From contig OZ244720.1 in the NCBI GenBank assembly GCA_965219085.1, positions 320,001-384,000 on the forward strand: DNA of 64,000 nt. Reading direction: 5' to 3'. The DNA is from Dehalococcoidia bacterium. Its GTDB lineage: Bacteria > Chloroflexota > Dehalococcoidia > UBA2979. The first letter of the stretch is position 1. Every line of letters starts with the position of its first letter. This document shows positions 9,677-21,900 of this stretch, one piece after another. The translations under genes were made by a program, and so were the position numbers. The notes beneath the pieces are model-generated. The model was given only the letters and a program-made list of their open reading frames with translations. It had not been told where the DNA came from and searched no databases.

Positions 9677-11099
9677 GAGGTATACCCGAAAGTTGTGGAT
9701 GAGCCAGGAGCGAGAGGAGGCGTACCCTCCCTGAGTCCAGTAGCAGGTGGCCGGTGGAAGCCGGCCGGGAGGAGTACGCCGGATGTTGAGGGTAGTGCAT
9801 GAGGGAGGCGAGCGCGAAGGGAGACCCGGGCCGCAGGTCGGCCTGGACGAGCTCTGCCGCCTGGCCGCCCAGGAGATGCTCGCGGTGGCGCTGGAGGCCG
9901 AGCGCCAAGCCTACCTCGAGCGTTACGCCGCCGCCGTCGATGAGGAAGGGCGGCGGCTCGTCGTGGGCAACGGCCACGCCCGCGCGCGAGAGATCACGAC
10001 CGCCGCGGGCCGCATCGCCGTCCAGGCGCCGCGCATCGATGACCGCCGCGACGGGGAGCGCTACATCTCGGCGCTCCTGCCGCCCTACATGCGGCGCTCG
10101 CCGAAGGTGACCGAGGTGCTGCCGCTGCTCTACCTGCGCGGGCTCTCGACGGGCGACTTCGTCCCGGCGCTGTCGGCCTTCTTCGGCTCGGAGGCGGGCC
10201 TCTCCGCCTCGACCGTGAGCAGGCTCAGCGAGGCGTGGCAGGCGGAGCACGAGCGCTGGCGGCGGCGCAGCCTCGCCGCGGTCGACTACGTCTACCTCTG
10301 GGCGGACGGCGTGCACTTCAACGTGCGCCTCGAGGAGGACCGGCTCTGCTGCCTGGTGCTGGTGGGCGTACGGCCCGACGGCCGCAAGGAACTCGTGGCC
10401 GTGCAGGACGGCTACCGCGAGGACACGCAGTCCTGGCTCGACCTACTGCGGGAGCTGCGCGAGCGCGGCATGCGCGACCCCGAGCTGGCCATCGGCGACG
10501 GGGCGCTCGGCTTCTGGGCGGCGCTCAGGGAGGTCTTCCCCCGCACGGGCGAGCAGCGCTGCTGGGTGCACAAGACCCAGAACGTACTGGCGGCGCTGCC
10601 CAAGCGCGTGCAGGGGGAGGCGAAGCGGGCGCTGCACGCGGTGTCTGGCGCGGCGACGCGCGCCGAGGCGCTCGCTGCGGCGCGCGCCTTCGGCGAGCAG
10701 TTCGCGCAGTGGCCGAAGGCGACGGCGAAGGTCAGCCACGACCTCGAACGACTGCTGGCGTTCCACGACTTCCCCGCCGAGCACCACGTGCACCTGCGCA
10801 CGACGAACCCGATCGAGTCCAGCTTCGCCACGGTGCGGCTGCGCCAGCGCGTCACGAAGGGCGCGGGCTCGCGGTCAGCGGGGCTGGCGATGGCCTACAA
10901 GCTGCTCGACGCGGCGCAACAGCGCTGGCGGCGGGTGAACGCACCCCAGCTCGTCGCCGCCGTCCGGGCCGGCGGCGTCTTCGCCGGCGGGGTGCTACAC
11001 GAGCGACCGGTCAGCCCGGACGGGAGCAACGAAGCAACTCACGGGAGGTACGCCGCCTGATCTCTCCGATCAGCGATCCACAACTCTTGACGATATCTC
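9677..11099 (+). mobile_element. IS256-family insertion sequence
   Basis: Imperfect 24-bp TIRs GAGGTATACCCGAAAGTTGTGGAT / ATCCACAACTCTTGACGATATCTC; 8-bp target duplication CCTCCGGC (9669-9676, 11100-11107). Confidence 0.95.
9783..11060 (+). CDS. IS256-family (mutator-type) DDE transposase
   Basis: YLWADG, AIGDGALGFW, QRCWVHK, RTTNPIES motifs; ATG 9783 follows GGAGGAG. Confidence 0.95.
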   Translation: MLRVVHEGGEREGRPGPQVGLDELCRLAAQEMLAVALEAERQAYLERYAAAVDEEGRRLVVGNGHARAREITTAAGRIAVQAPRIDDRRDGERYISALLPPYMRRSPKVTEVLPLLYLRGLSTGDFVPALSAFFGSEAGLSASTVSRLSEAWQAEHERWRRRSLAAVDYVYLWADGVHFNVRLEEDRLCCLVLVGVRPDGRKELVAVQDGYREDTQSWLDLLRELRERGMRDPELAIGDGALGFWAALREVFPRTGEQRCWVHKTQNVLAALPKRVQGEAKRALHAVSGAATRAEALAAARAFGEQFAQWPKATAKVSHDLERLLAFHDFPAEHHVHLRTTNPIESSFATVRLRQRVTKGAGSRSAGLAMAYKLLDAAQQRWRRVNAPQLVAAVRAGGVFAGGVLHERPVSPDGSNEATHGRYAA

Positions 11100-11262
11100 C
11101 CTCCGGCTCGGGTGCGGCCCACTCGGCGTCGACCAGCGGCGCCTCGGCATCCGGCGCGACCTGCTGCGCCTGGGCGAAGACCGACTCGACCGGGTCGATG
11201 TCCTCCTCGCCAGCGACGATCTTCCTCGCCAGCGCGAGCCATCGGGTCGTAGCCGTCGTCCC
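11100..11262 (-). pseudogene. 3' remnant of ICE-type helicase gene (continues at 9641-9676 across the IS256)
   Basis: GDDG.D.M-LALARKIVAGEEDIDPVESVFAQAQQVAPDAEAPLVDAEWAAPEP, homologous to 38040-38652 and 18249-18545. Confidence 0.8.
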
Positions 11263-11293
11263 CGTGAATGCGACAGGCGCAGACAGGGAGAGG

Positions 11294-14200
11294 TCAGTTG
11301 GCTTCCGGAGGCCCCTCGCTCCTGGCGACCAGTGGCGTGATGGAGGGCAGGCCATCGGCGAACAGCTCGACGAAGGGCTGGGTCACGAACGGCCGCGCTC
11401 CGAGGATGTAGGAGACGTAGTCACCCTCGTGCAGCGCGTAGAGGGTCATGACATCCCGGGTCTCCGCGCAGGCCACGAGGTCCTCGACGCTGCCGCCCTC
11501 GTAGACGACAAGGCTGAAGCCCTCGGCGATCTCGCCGCGCAGGCACTCCGGCCCCGGCAGGGAGGCGCCGTCGCCGCGGTTCGGGTCCGTTGAAGGCGGT
11601 CCGTTGCTCTTGACGGCCAGCGGCGTGACCGGGGGAACGCTACCGGGGAACAGCTCGGCGAAGCCCGCGTTCACCCACTCCGGCGCTCCGAGGATGTAGG
11701 AGACGTAGACGCCCTCGTGCAGCGCGTAGAGGGCCGTGACACCCCGGCTCTCCGCGCAGGCCACGAGGTCCTCGACGCTGCCGCCCTCGTAGACGAGGAG
11801 GTTGAAGCCCTCGGCGATGTCGCCACGCAAACAGTGCGTCCAGGGCTCGGGTGTCGATTCCTGTTCGGCCTCGCCGAAGGTCACGCGGTAGGTCTTCTCG
11901 CGGCTGCCGTCAGCGGAGGTCACCGTCACGGTGATCTCGCTCACACCGTCCAGCGAGACCTGGTGCCCGTTCGCATCGTCGCCGTCGGCGTCGGGCAGGT
12001 CGATCACGACGCCGGCGCCGCTCTGCACCGTGGCGGCCACGACCGTCGTTTCCGCCACGCCCTCGGCTACGACGCCCTCGTACTCCTCGCGGCTTGGCGA
12101 GAACTCCCCGATGTCGACGCCGCTCATCGTCAGCGAGGCGAGGCGGGCGTCGATGGCGTCGGGCATGTTGTAGCTATAGACCTTGCCGTCGTTGGCGTCG
12201 GCGACGTACATCACGTCGCGGTCGGACCAGATGCCGCGCGGGCTGTTGTTGCTGGCCTTCGTCAGCTCCCTGGACTGTCCGAACTCCTCGTCGCGGACGC
12301 GCTCGAGCTCCTTGTCACCCTCGTCCTCCTCGTCCGCGTCCGACTCCCCGGACAGCACGGGCAGGCGGTAGGCGAAGAGGCGCCTGGCGACGGCGTCGGA
12401 GACCCAGACCGTGACGCCGTCCGACCAGATGCCGCGCGGGTCGTCGTTGTCGTCGTGCAGGGCGCACTCGGCGAGCAGCTCGCCGCTTTCGAGGTCGTAG
12501 CCGAAGAGCGCGTCGCGGCGGCCGTCCAGCACCCACATGGTCCCGTCGCGAGACCAGATGCCGCGGGCGGCGCGGTTGTGGCGGGCGAGCGCGATCTCGC
12601 GCTCCTCGACCCGCTCGCCGCTCTCGAGACCGTAGGCGAACAGGCGGTTCTGGCCGCTGTCGGAGACCCAGATCGTCTCCTCGTCGGACCAGAGACCGCG
12701 CGGGGCGCGGTTGCGCTCGTCGAGCTCGAACTCGCGCTCCTCGACCCGCTCGCCCGTCTCCAGATCATAGGCGTAGATGGCGTCGTCGGCGCCGTCGCCG
12801 TTCTCGAGGAGCCAGAGGATGGAGCCGTTGGACCACGAGCCCGTGGGCGAGTCATGGCTGGAGTCGAGCGACTCGATGTCGTGCTTCACCGTCCACTCGA
12901 ACTCGACCTCGCTCGGTGAGGGCCCGCCGCCACCGCCGCCGCCACCGCCGCCGAGGCCCGGCGGACCCACGGGACTAACCGGCGGGGCGTCCAGGTCGGT
13001 GACGGTGACCGTGAGAGTGGCGCTGCCGGCATAGTCGCTGCCGCTGGCCCCGTGGGTCAGGGTCGCCGTGTCGTCGGTCGCGTCCGCGTCACCGGCGGCG
13101 GTAACGGTGACCGTCTTGGGCTGATCCCAGTCGAACGTCGTGAAGGTGAGGCTCTCCGGCAGCACCGCCACGTCAAGGTTGTCCGAGTTGATGGTGACCG
13201 TCACGTCGCCGCTGGGCTGCGTGTCCAGCGCGACCGTGTACGTGCCCTTGGCGGGCACGTCGCCCTCCCTGGGATCCTCGAGCCGTGGCGTCACGTCGCC
13301 TCGCGTCACCGCGAGGGGCGCGGGTGCACTGGACACGGTGACTGTGGGCGGCTGCCGCGGCGTGCCAGTCCGGATGGCGGACCAGGGGCCGGCCGCGACG
13401 CCGTTGTCCGCCCTGACCTGCACGTCGTACTGGACCCCGCTGCTCAAGTCGAAGCCGGTCGCCTCGCTGAGCGCATATCGCAGGCGGCCGGAGCTCCAGA
13501 TGTCCTCCCGCACCGTCCAGTTGCCGTCTGCCCTGTCAGTGGCATCGCTGCGGATGTAGCGCAGGTCGTAGGAGGTGATTGCGGACTCGCCGTCCTCGGC
13601 CGGGGCGAGCCAGGTGACTGACAGAGCGTAGGTGCCGGCGGTAATCACGTCGATGGTCGGGGCGTCGGGCGTGGTCCATGGCGTATCTGTGGCGGTGGCG
13701 GACCATGGGCCGTCTCCGGCGCCGTTGACCGAGCGCACCTGCACGTCGTACCCGGCCCCGTTGGTCAGTCCGGCGAGGTCGTACAACAAAGGGCCGGAGT
13801 TCCAGATGTCGTCCCGCACCGTCCAGTTGGCGTCGGCCTTATCCAGCGCGTCGCTGCGGATGTAGCGCACGTCGTGGGACGTGATAGCGGACCCGCCGTC
13901 ATCTGAAGGGGCGGACCAGGACACGGCGGGGGTGCGGTCGCCGGGGGTGATCAGGTCGATGGTCGGGGCATCGGCCACGGTCTGGGGTGTGGCGGAGGCG
14001 GTGGCCGACCAGGAACCGTCCCCGGCGCCGTTGACGGCACGCACCTGCACGTCGTACCCGACCCCGTTGGTCAGGCTGCCGAGGGTGGACCGGAGGACGC
14101 CGGACGTCCAGATGCTGTCCCGCTCCGTCCAGCTGGCGCCGTCGGACTTGTCAGGCGCGTCGCTGCGGATGTAGCGCACGTCGTAGGACGTGATAGTGGA

Positions 14201-17200
14201 CCCACCGGTATCTGAAGGGGCGGACCACGACACGGCCAGGGCGCCGTCGCCGACGGTGATCAGGTTGATGGCTGGGGCAGCGGGCGCCGTCCGGGGAGTG
14301 GCGGAGGCAGTGGCGGACCAGGGGCCGGTCCCGACGTCGGTGACCGCGCGCAGCTGCACGTCGTACCGGACTCCGTTGGTCAGGCCGGACACCGTGGATT
14401 GCCGGGCGCCGGATGTCCATATGCTGCCCCGCACTGTCCAGTTGGCGTCGGATTTGTCCGGTGCGTCGCTGCGTATGTAGCGCGCATCGTAGCCCTGGAT
14501 GGTTCCACCGCCGGTGTCGGTCGGGGCGGACCAGGCGATGGTGAGCGTCTCGTCGCCGGGGGTCACCGAGCCGATGGTGGGGGCTGCGGGTATCGTCTCG
14601 GGCGCGCCGGAGATCGTGAGTGACCACTGGCCGTTACCGGCGATGTTGTCCGCGCGCAGCTGCACGTGATAGTCCACGCCGTTGGTCAGGCCGCCAAAGT
14701 GTACCGCAGCGCGCCGGAGGTCCGGACGCTGTCTCTGACGGTCCAGTTGGCGTCGGACTTGTCGGTCGCGTCGGACCGGATGTAGCGCAGGTCGTAGCCG
14801 GTGACCTCGCTGCCCCCGGTGTCCGCCGGGGCGGACCAGGCCACCGCGAGCGTCCCGTCGTCGGGTGTCACCGAGTCGATGGTGGGAGCGCCGGGCGTTG
14901 TCAGTGGTGTTCCGGCGCCGGCGCCGGACCAGGAGCCTGCCCCCACCGCATTCACCGCCCGCACCTGCACGTCATAGTCCACGCCGTTGGTCAGGCCGGA
15001 CACGGTGTATTGCAGCGCGCCGGAACTCCAGATACCGGGCTGCTCCGTCCAGTTGACGTCCGCCTTGTTGGGGGCGTCGCTGCGGATGTAGCGCAGGTCG
15101 TAGCCGGTGATGTCGCGGCCACCGTCACTGGCCGGGGCGAACCAGGCCACCGCGAGCGTCTCATCGCCGGGGGTCACCGAGTCGATGGTGGGGGCCGAGG
15201 GTATCGTTTCGGGCGTGCCGGAGACGGCGCCGGACCACTGGCCGTTACCCGCGGCATTCACCGCCCGCACCTGCACGTCGTACTCGACGCCGTTGGTCAG
15301 GCCGGACAGAGGGTATCGCAGCGCACCGGAGCTCCAGATGCCGTCCCGCTCCGTCCAGTTGGCGTCGGACTTGTCCGCCGCGTCGCTGCGTATGTAGCGC
15401 AGGTCGTAGCCGGTGACGTCGCTGCCGCCGTCCTCAGCCGGCGCCGACCAGGCCACCGTGAGCGTTCGATCACCCGAAGTCACCGAAGTGGTGCCGGGTG
15501 CGTCGGGGGTCGTCCGGGGCGTCTCGTACAGCCAGCAACAGGCGCCGGGCTTCCAACGACCCCAGTCGCTCGGCAGTTCTCCGGACGTGTCCCCGTACCT
15601 GTTCTTGCCCCGCAACTGGATGATGTACGCGACGCCGTTTTGCAGTCCGTCGATGGTGTGTGTCAGGGGCTGGTCCCCGTGATGTTGCGGATGTAGTCCC
15701 ACTCGGTGCTGTCCGGAGCCACGCTGAACGGGATGTAGTCGATGTAGCGCAGTTCGTAGCCGGTGATCTCGTCGTCGCCGCCGTCGGTCCAGGAGACCGT
15801 GAGGGCGCCGTCGCCGGGAGTCACCGAGTCGACCGTGAGATCGACGGGCCTCGCCCGGGGGATCAGGGTCAGGCTGGACCAGGGGCCCGCGCCAATCCGG
15901 TTGCGCGCGCGCACCCGTATCTCGTACTCGACATGGGGGGTCAGGTTCCCGACCCACGTGACGTTTGTCGCCGACAGCCCCTCAACGATGTCCCGGGCGC
16001 CCTCCGAACGCCTGGCGACGTTCGTGGGATCGCTCGTGCGATGGTGGTGTACGTCGTACGAGGTGACGGTGTGTCCGCCGTTGTCCGAGGGGCCTGTCCA
16101 CGAGATGAAGATGCTGCTCTCGGCGGTCAATATTCGTTTCAACTCTCCGAGAGCGGCCGGTACCCTGCCGGGGGAATGTACCGGCAGCGCGTCCGGCGGC
16201 GGCGGGCTCGTTCGCTCTGCGGCACTGACCGAATAGGCGTCTATCGAGTACCAGACGCCGTTCTCCAGTCCGGTGATGGCGTATTGCAGGGTTCCGGACG
16301 GGATGAGGTCGCTCGTCGGGCGCCCCGCCATCATCAGCGGGGGGGAACCAGGGAATCCAGAGTTGGCCGGGTGTCTCGTCCGAGAAGAACCCAATGGTGG
16401 GAGCGCCCGGCGGGGACGGGTCCACATTGACGACTGTTACGGACCAGTCCCCCGCGCCGGCGGAGTTGACCGCCCTCAGCTGGAAGTCGTACTGGACATC
16501 GGCGGTCAGTCCCCTGACCGTGTACGTCAGTGCGCCGGAGCTCCAGGCGCTCTCCAGGACGGTCCAGTTGTTGTCGTCGGCCTTGTCGGCCGCGTCGCTG
16601 AGGATGTAGCGCAGGTCGTAGCTACTGATGTCGGCGCCCCCGTCGTTCGCCGGGGCGGACCACTCAATGTCCACCATCGTTCCGTTCGAGATCGCCCGGT
16701 CGACGGTGGGCGCGCCGGGTAGCTCCGGGGGGACTCCGGCAACACCGGTGCGTGGATCGCTCCAGTCGGACCATCCGCTCGAGCCCTTTGAATTGACCGC
16801 CTGCAGGCCCAGCCGGTAGCGGACGCCGTTGTCCAGCCCGCTGAGGGTGTACTCGAGGTCGCCGGAGGTCCAGATGCCGCTCTCGTGGTTCCACACAAAG
16901 AGGAAATTGCCCGCCACCAGGTCCTCGCGGACGTACCGGAGGTTGTAGCGGGTGACTGCGGCGCCCCCATCACTGGCGGGGGGCGACCATGTGATGGTGA
17001 GCGATTCGTCGCTCGAAGTCACCGTGTCGATGGAGGGGATGCCAGGAGGGCCTGTGGGGGTTCTGGTAACACGTGCGAACCAGGCGCCGGCACCCGCAGC
17101 GTTGATCGCCCGCACCTGTACGTGATACGCGACGCCGTTGGTCAGGCCCTGGATCCTGTAGCTGCCGGCAACCTGGCTGAAATCTTCCCGGAACGTCCAG

Positions 17201-17754
17201 TTGAAATAGACCGAATCTTCCGCGTCGCTCCTGATGTAACGCAGGTCGTACGAGGTGATCTCGGACCCGCCGTCGCTGACCGGGCTCGACCATGTAATGG
17301 TAATCTGACCGCTCCTGGGCACCGCGTACGCTAGGCGGGGAGCCGTGGGAACGGTGGCGGCCTTGCCGGAGACGGTGGTGGACCAGGCGCCGTTGCCGTT
17401 GTCGTTGACCGCCCGCGCCTGCACGTCGTAGGTCGTGCCGTTCGTCAGTCCGGTGATGGTGGCCCGCAGGGCGCCGGAGCTCCAGACGTTGGGCTCGTCG
17501 GTCCAGTTGGCGTCGGCCTTGTCCGTCGCGTCGCTGTTGATGTAGCGCAGGTCGTACGACGTGATCACCGAGCCGCCGTCACTCGCGGGAGCGGTCCAGA
17601 CAACGGTAATCGCCTGATCTCTGGGGGTCAGCGACTCGATGGCCGGAGCCGGGGGCGCCGTCGCGGTCTGCGCCCGCACGCTCCCTCCCGCGAGCAGGGT
17701 GCATACGAGGACGCACACCGCCGCCGGGATCAGCCATTTGGGCGCCAGGAGCAT
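11294..17754 (-). pseudogene. Giant FN3-array surface protein B (~2150 aa; ~14 FN3, Calx-beta-like domain, shared C-terminal module), broken by three frameshifts
   Basis: Collinear ORFs 15982-17754, 15663-16427, 14686-15957 and 11294-14677, with breaks near 16330, 15680 and 14695. Signal MLLAPKWLIPAAVCVLVCTLLAGGSVRA/Q; FN3 motif YDLRYIRSDA.DKADANWT; ends ..SEGPPEAN. Confidence 0.85.
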
Positions 17755-17939
17755 CTCTACCGCTCAATCGCCCGTCTCGTCGTGGCCGCTGCGCCAGCCC
17801 GAGCCGAAGGTCATCCCGTCCGGGCGGACCACCCAGACGCGCACGTCCTCCGCGGTGATCCGGTTGCCCTTTGCGGTAACCGCACGGGCAGCGACATCCA
17901 GCCGGTGCAAGACGATCGAGTCCGTGTTCCATCAGATCT

Positions 17940-18065
17940 TGGCGATCTCTCGACATCCTCGTAAGTGCCGAGCGGCACAATCGGGAGGCCAGTTTGTTTG
18001 CTCCGAGGGAGAGCGATTCCGCAACTGGGACAGGTACTGCTGCTCTGGCGGTCGCTTCGCGTGCC
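17940..18065. promoter_or_regulatory. Conserved ~125-bp upstream element, copy B
   Basis: CGACATCCTCGTAAGTGCCGAGCGGCACAATCGGGAGGCCAGTTTGTTTGCTCCGAGGGAGAGCGATTCC..GGTCGCTTCGCG. Confidence 0.8.
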
Positions 18066-18248
18066 AGGGCTGCCGAGCCGCAATGGCATCACCGTCGGCC
18101 GGGACGCCGTCCGGGGAAGCCATCCCCGGTGCCACCCCGACGCGCCGCCCGGGCTGGGCGGCTTAAGCGACAACAGGCCACACAGATGGACGGACCGGGA
18201 CGGGAGGCCATCGCAGCAGGCGCGATGGCCTCCCCCCTGGCTCCTGGC

Positions 18249-18545
18249 CTAGCGCCCCGCGCCGGCCGGCTCCGCCTCCCGCGCCCGTTCGAGCGCCCAC
18301 TCGAAGAGCGAGAGCGTCCGAGCTTCGTCCCGGCCGCGGCGCTCAGGCTTCGCCGGTTCCTCGGCCATGAACTCCGCCGAGGAGGACAGCGAGCGTTGTC
18401 GCTCCGGGGTTCCGTTGTCTTCGGCGTTGCCAACCGCAAGGGCGGTGCGGCCGTTGCCGTCGGCGTGAACCTCGACCGCGACCGGCTCCGGTGCAGCCCA
18501 CTCGGCATCGACCAGCAGCGCCTCGGCCTCCGCCGCGACCTGCTG
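18249..18545 (-). pseudogene. 3' remnant of ICE-type helicase gene, fused in frame to truncated gene C
   Basis: QQVAAEAEALLVDAEWAAPEP...ERQRSL..AEFMAEEPAKP...LSLFEWALER, homologous to ~38060-38360. Confidence 0.8.
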
Positions 18546-20511
18546 ATACGCGAACGCGCCTGCCGGGGCCGTGAACTTGTTCAGACCGACCTGGAAGGAA
18601 GACGGGGTCTCGAAGTCGAACAGCTTTGCGGTGCGCGACCCATGGGAGATGTTGCCACGAGGGCCTCCGTTCCACAGGGAGACGTTCAGGCTCGACGGAA
18701 CCGCGGCCAGGTCGATTTCGACGCTCGAGATCTCATAGCCCTGGCCGTGCGTGCCCAGCCTGAAGCCCATGGCATACGTCCCGCTGATGTTCGCCACGGT
18801 CGACGGCGTCTGGCCCGTGTTGCCGACCAGCTTCCTCGGCGCTGCCGACAGTTCCCGTCTGGGGACCGGGCCGTAGGGCAGGCTGGTCAGCGCCTCGGGG
18901 AAGCCCGCTCGGTCGACGTACGAGACTCGCACCTGGATCAGCTTGCCGATATCGGCGTCGACGAGCTGGTACCGCTGTGAGTCGGTACCCACTTCGGTCT
19001 CGGTCTCGCCGTCAACCCGGATCCACCGGTAGGAGAAGACGTAGCCGTCGATCCCAGAATCCGGCTGTCCGGTGTATGGCAGCCCGTCAGCGTCGGCGAT
19101 GCGCAACGTGTCGGCCGCCAGGATGCTGCCGCCTTCGGCGGACACCAGGACGACCGGCAAGCCGCTGGCGTTGCGGAGCGTGGTGTCCGTGTAGACCGCG
19201 ATCTCCAACGAGTTGCCATCGGAATCCTTATCAAAGCTGATAGCATTGCCCCCCAGCGTCGCCAGAAAGAACGCGTCCACGATGATCGCGCCCACAAATG
19301 CGCCCGAGTCCTCGGCATCGGCCGTGGTCTGCTGCAACCGGTGGTAGGTGCCGGCCTGGTGTCTCCAGACCAGCACGTAGATGGTGCTCGCGTCCAGCCT
19401 CGTGCCGGGCGGCGCCTCGAAGAAGCTGTGACCCGGCGCGAACTCGGTCGGACTGACGAGATCGAACAGCTTCGCGGCCGGCACCCCGCCAACCCCAGCG
19501 GCGTGCAGCGAGACCGTCACGGAGGTCGAATCATCAGGTATCTGGGCGACGCTGTTCGTGTCGTCGGAGCCTTCGATGTTGACGCCGATGCCCAGCAGCC
19601 CGTAGCCGCCCGTCTCGGATCCCGTCTGGAAGCCCTGCGTCACCGCATTGCCGCTGGCGCCGCCGACCGAAACGTAACCGTTGTCGGTTCGGCCCAGGTT
19701 CTGCACCAACGCATAGAGCGGCTCGCCGAGCACGGCCAGCAGCGCGGCGCCGTTGGCGGGGACGGCGATATCCCCATGTGATGAGAAGCTCACGCCCGGC
19801 GCCGACGGCCGGTCGGGGCCCGCGCTAACAGCGGGAAATATGCGGTTAACAGGGTGCTGAAAAAGGCGCGGCCATCTGGCAGGATGGTCGAGGCGGCGGG
19901 GGCGTAGCCTGGAGGCTGCCCCATGCGAGGCGACGCCGAGCGTCAGGCCGACATCATGCTCGCGGTCACGCCGGACTCGTTTGTCCCGGCCGAGCACCCG
20001 ATCCGCCGCATCAAGCCGATCGTCGACGCAGCGCTGGCCCGGCTCTCGCCGCTGTTCGACACGATGTACGCCAGGGGCGGCCGGCCCTCGATCCCGCCCG
20101 AGCACCTGCTCAAGGCGAGCCTGCTGATCGCGCTCTACTCGGTGCGCAGCGAGCGCCAGTTCTGCGAGCGGCTGCGCTACGACCTGCTCTTCAAGTGGTT
20201 CCTCGACCTCAACATCTCAGACGATCCCTTCGACGCCTCGACCTTCTCGAAGAACCGCGAGCGGCTGCTGGAGGTGGACGCGGCGCGCGCGTTCTTAGCC
20301 GAGGTGGTGGCCGAGGCGCGCCGCCGCCGGCTGCTCTCGGCCGAGCACTTCACCGTCGACGGGACGCTGCTCGAGGCGTGGGCGTCGCTCAAGAGATAGG
20401 CATGAGGGCCGGTCTCCTCCTCACAGCGGATACTCGTCTCCGCCGGGAGCACGGCCTCGATGGGCCAGGTAGCGGCTCGGCAAGGAGCCTGAGAGAGGTA
20501 GGAGACCGGCC

Positions 20512-21597
20512 ATGGAGCAGGATAGCGCAACGACGTGGAGCATTGAGGGCAAGGATGGGCCCGCCGTTACCGTCGGCCTCGACGTGGGCGACCGCTACAC
20601 ACACATCCACGCGCTCGGCGGCGGCGAGGTGCTGCGCGAGCGGCGCGTCCGCACCGCGGCTGCGGCGCTGGGCGCAGCGCTGACCGGCCTCTCCCCGGCG
20701 CGGGTCGTGCTCGAGGCGGGGCCGCGCTCGCCGTGGCTGAGCCGCGTCGTGGCGGACCTCGGCCATGAGGTGGTCGTCGCCAACCCTCGCCAGGTCGCGC
20801 TGATCGCCGGCAGCCAGCGCAAGACCGACCGGCTCGACGCCGCGTGGCTGGCGCGGCTGGGGCGCTTCGACCCGGAGTTGCTCGCCCCGATCCGCCACAG
20901 GAGCGAGCAGAGTCAGCACGACCTCGCCGTGGTGCGCGCCCGCGACGCGCTGGTGCGATCGAGGACGCTGCTCATCAACCACGTGCGCGGGGCCGTCAAG
21001 GCCTGCGGCGACGCGCTGCCGTCGTGCACGGCCGCGGCCTTTCACCGCAAGACGGCGGACCACATCCCCGACGGGCTGCGCCCGGCGCTGCTGCCGCTGG
21101 TGGAGGCGATTGGCGAGCTGACCGTGCGCACTGCGGCGGCCGGGCGGGAGGTCGAGGCGTTGTGCGAGGCCCACCCCGAGACCGCGGCGCTGCGCCAGGT
21201 CACCGGCGTGGGGCCGATCACCGCGCTCACGTTCGTGCTGACGATCGAGAACCCGGGGCGCTTCCCGCAGAACCGGGAGGTGGGGGCCTACCTCGGGCTC
21301 GTGCCGCGGCAGCGCGACTCAGGGGAGCGCGCGCCGCAGCTCGGCATCGGCAAGAGCGGCGACGCGGGCTTGCGGCGGCTGCTGGTGCAGGCCGCGCACT
21401 ACATCCTCGGTCCCTTCGGACCCGATAGCGACCTGCGTCGCTGGGGTGAGCGCTACGCGGGAACAGGGGCGGGCAACGCGAAGAAGCGCGCGGTCGTGGC
21501 CGTCGCGAGGCGGTTGGCGGTGCTGCTGCTCGCGCTGTGGAAGAGCGGGGAGGTCTACGAGCCGCTGCGTCACGCCGTGGCCCGCGAGGCCGCGTAG
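20512..21597 (+). CDS. IS110-family DEDD recombinase/transposase
   Basis: GLDVG, VLEAG, KTDRLDA (DEDD); GVGPITA, YLGLVP.Q.DSG (catalytic Ser region), KRAVVAVARRLA. Confidence 0.95.
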   Translation: MEQDSATTWSIEGKDGPAVTVGLDVGDRYTHIHALGGGEVLRERRVRTAAAALGAALTGLSPARVVLEAGPRSPWLSRVVADLGHEVVVANPRQVALIAGSQRKTDRLDAAWLARLGRFDPELLAPIRHRSEQSQHDLAVVRARDALVRSRTLLINHVRGAVKACGDALPSCTAAAFHRKTADHIPDGLRPALLPLVEAIGELTVRTAAAGREVEALCEAHPETAALRQVTGVGPITALTFVLTIENPGRFPQNREVGAYLGLVPRQRDSGERAPQLGIGKSGDAGLRRLLVQAAHYILGPFGPDSDLRRWGERYAGTGAGNAKKRAVVAVARRLAVLLLALWKSGEVYEPLRHAVAREAA

Positions 21598-21900
21598 CCG
21601 GGAGGCGCCGCCTCAGCCGGCGGGGACCGGAGATCAGGAAGGAAGACCCGAGCGCGAACGAAGCCACGCACGTGATGCCGAGCACGGGCGACTGCGAGCA
21701 CCCACTTGTCCCATCGAGGACGCGGCAGAGATAGCAGCGCCCCCTGGAAGCAGGATGTGCCTTCATGCACCGGGCTCGCTGTAGCCCACCGAGAGTGCGG
21801 ATAGAAGCTTGGCACAGGCTCCGCGACCGGACATCACGAGCGGCTTGAATGGAGCGCCATACCCGGAGAAGGCCGCCACGTCGGCCTTGCGGAAAGACCG
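21598..21900 (+). ncRNA. Putative bridge/seek RNA region of the IS110-family element
   Basis: Long non-coding stretch downstream of tnp as in the IS1111 group; contains hairpins and short matches to donor/target junction sequences. Inferred; no expression evidence. Confidence 0.55.

Noticed and set aside
12200-12900. Periodic GACCAGATGCCGCG repeats as a CRISPR array
   Set aside because: In-frame protein repeats (PRGIWSD), degenerate, and no cas genes in the window.
14686-16430. Programmed frameshifting or phase variation in gene B
   Set aside because: The breaks are not at long homopolymers or slippery heptamers, and one includes a deletion; decay or sequencing error is more likely.
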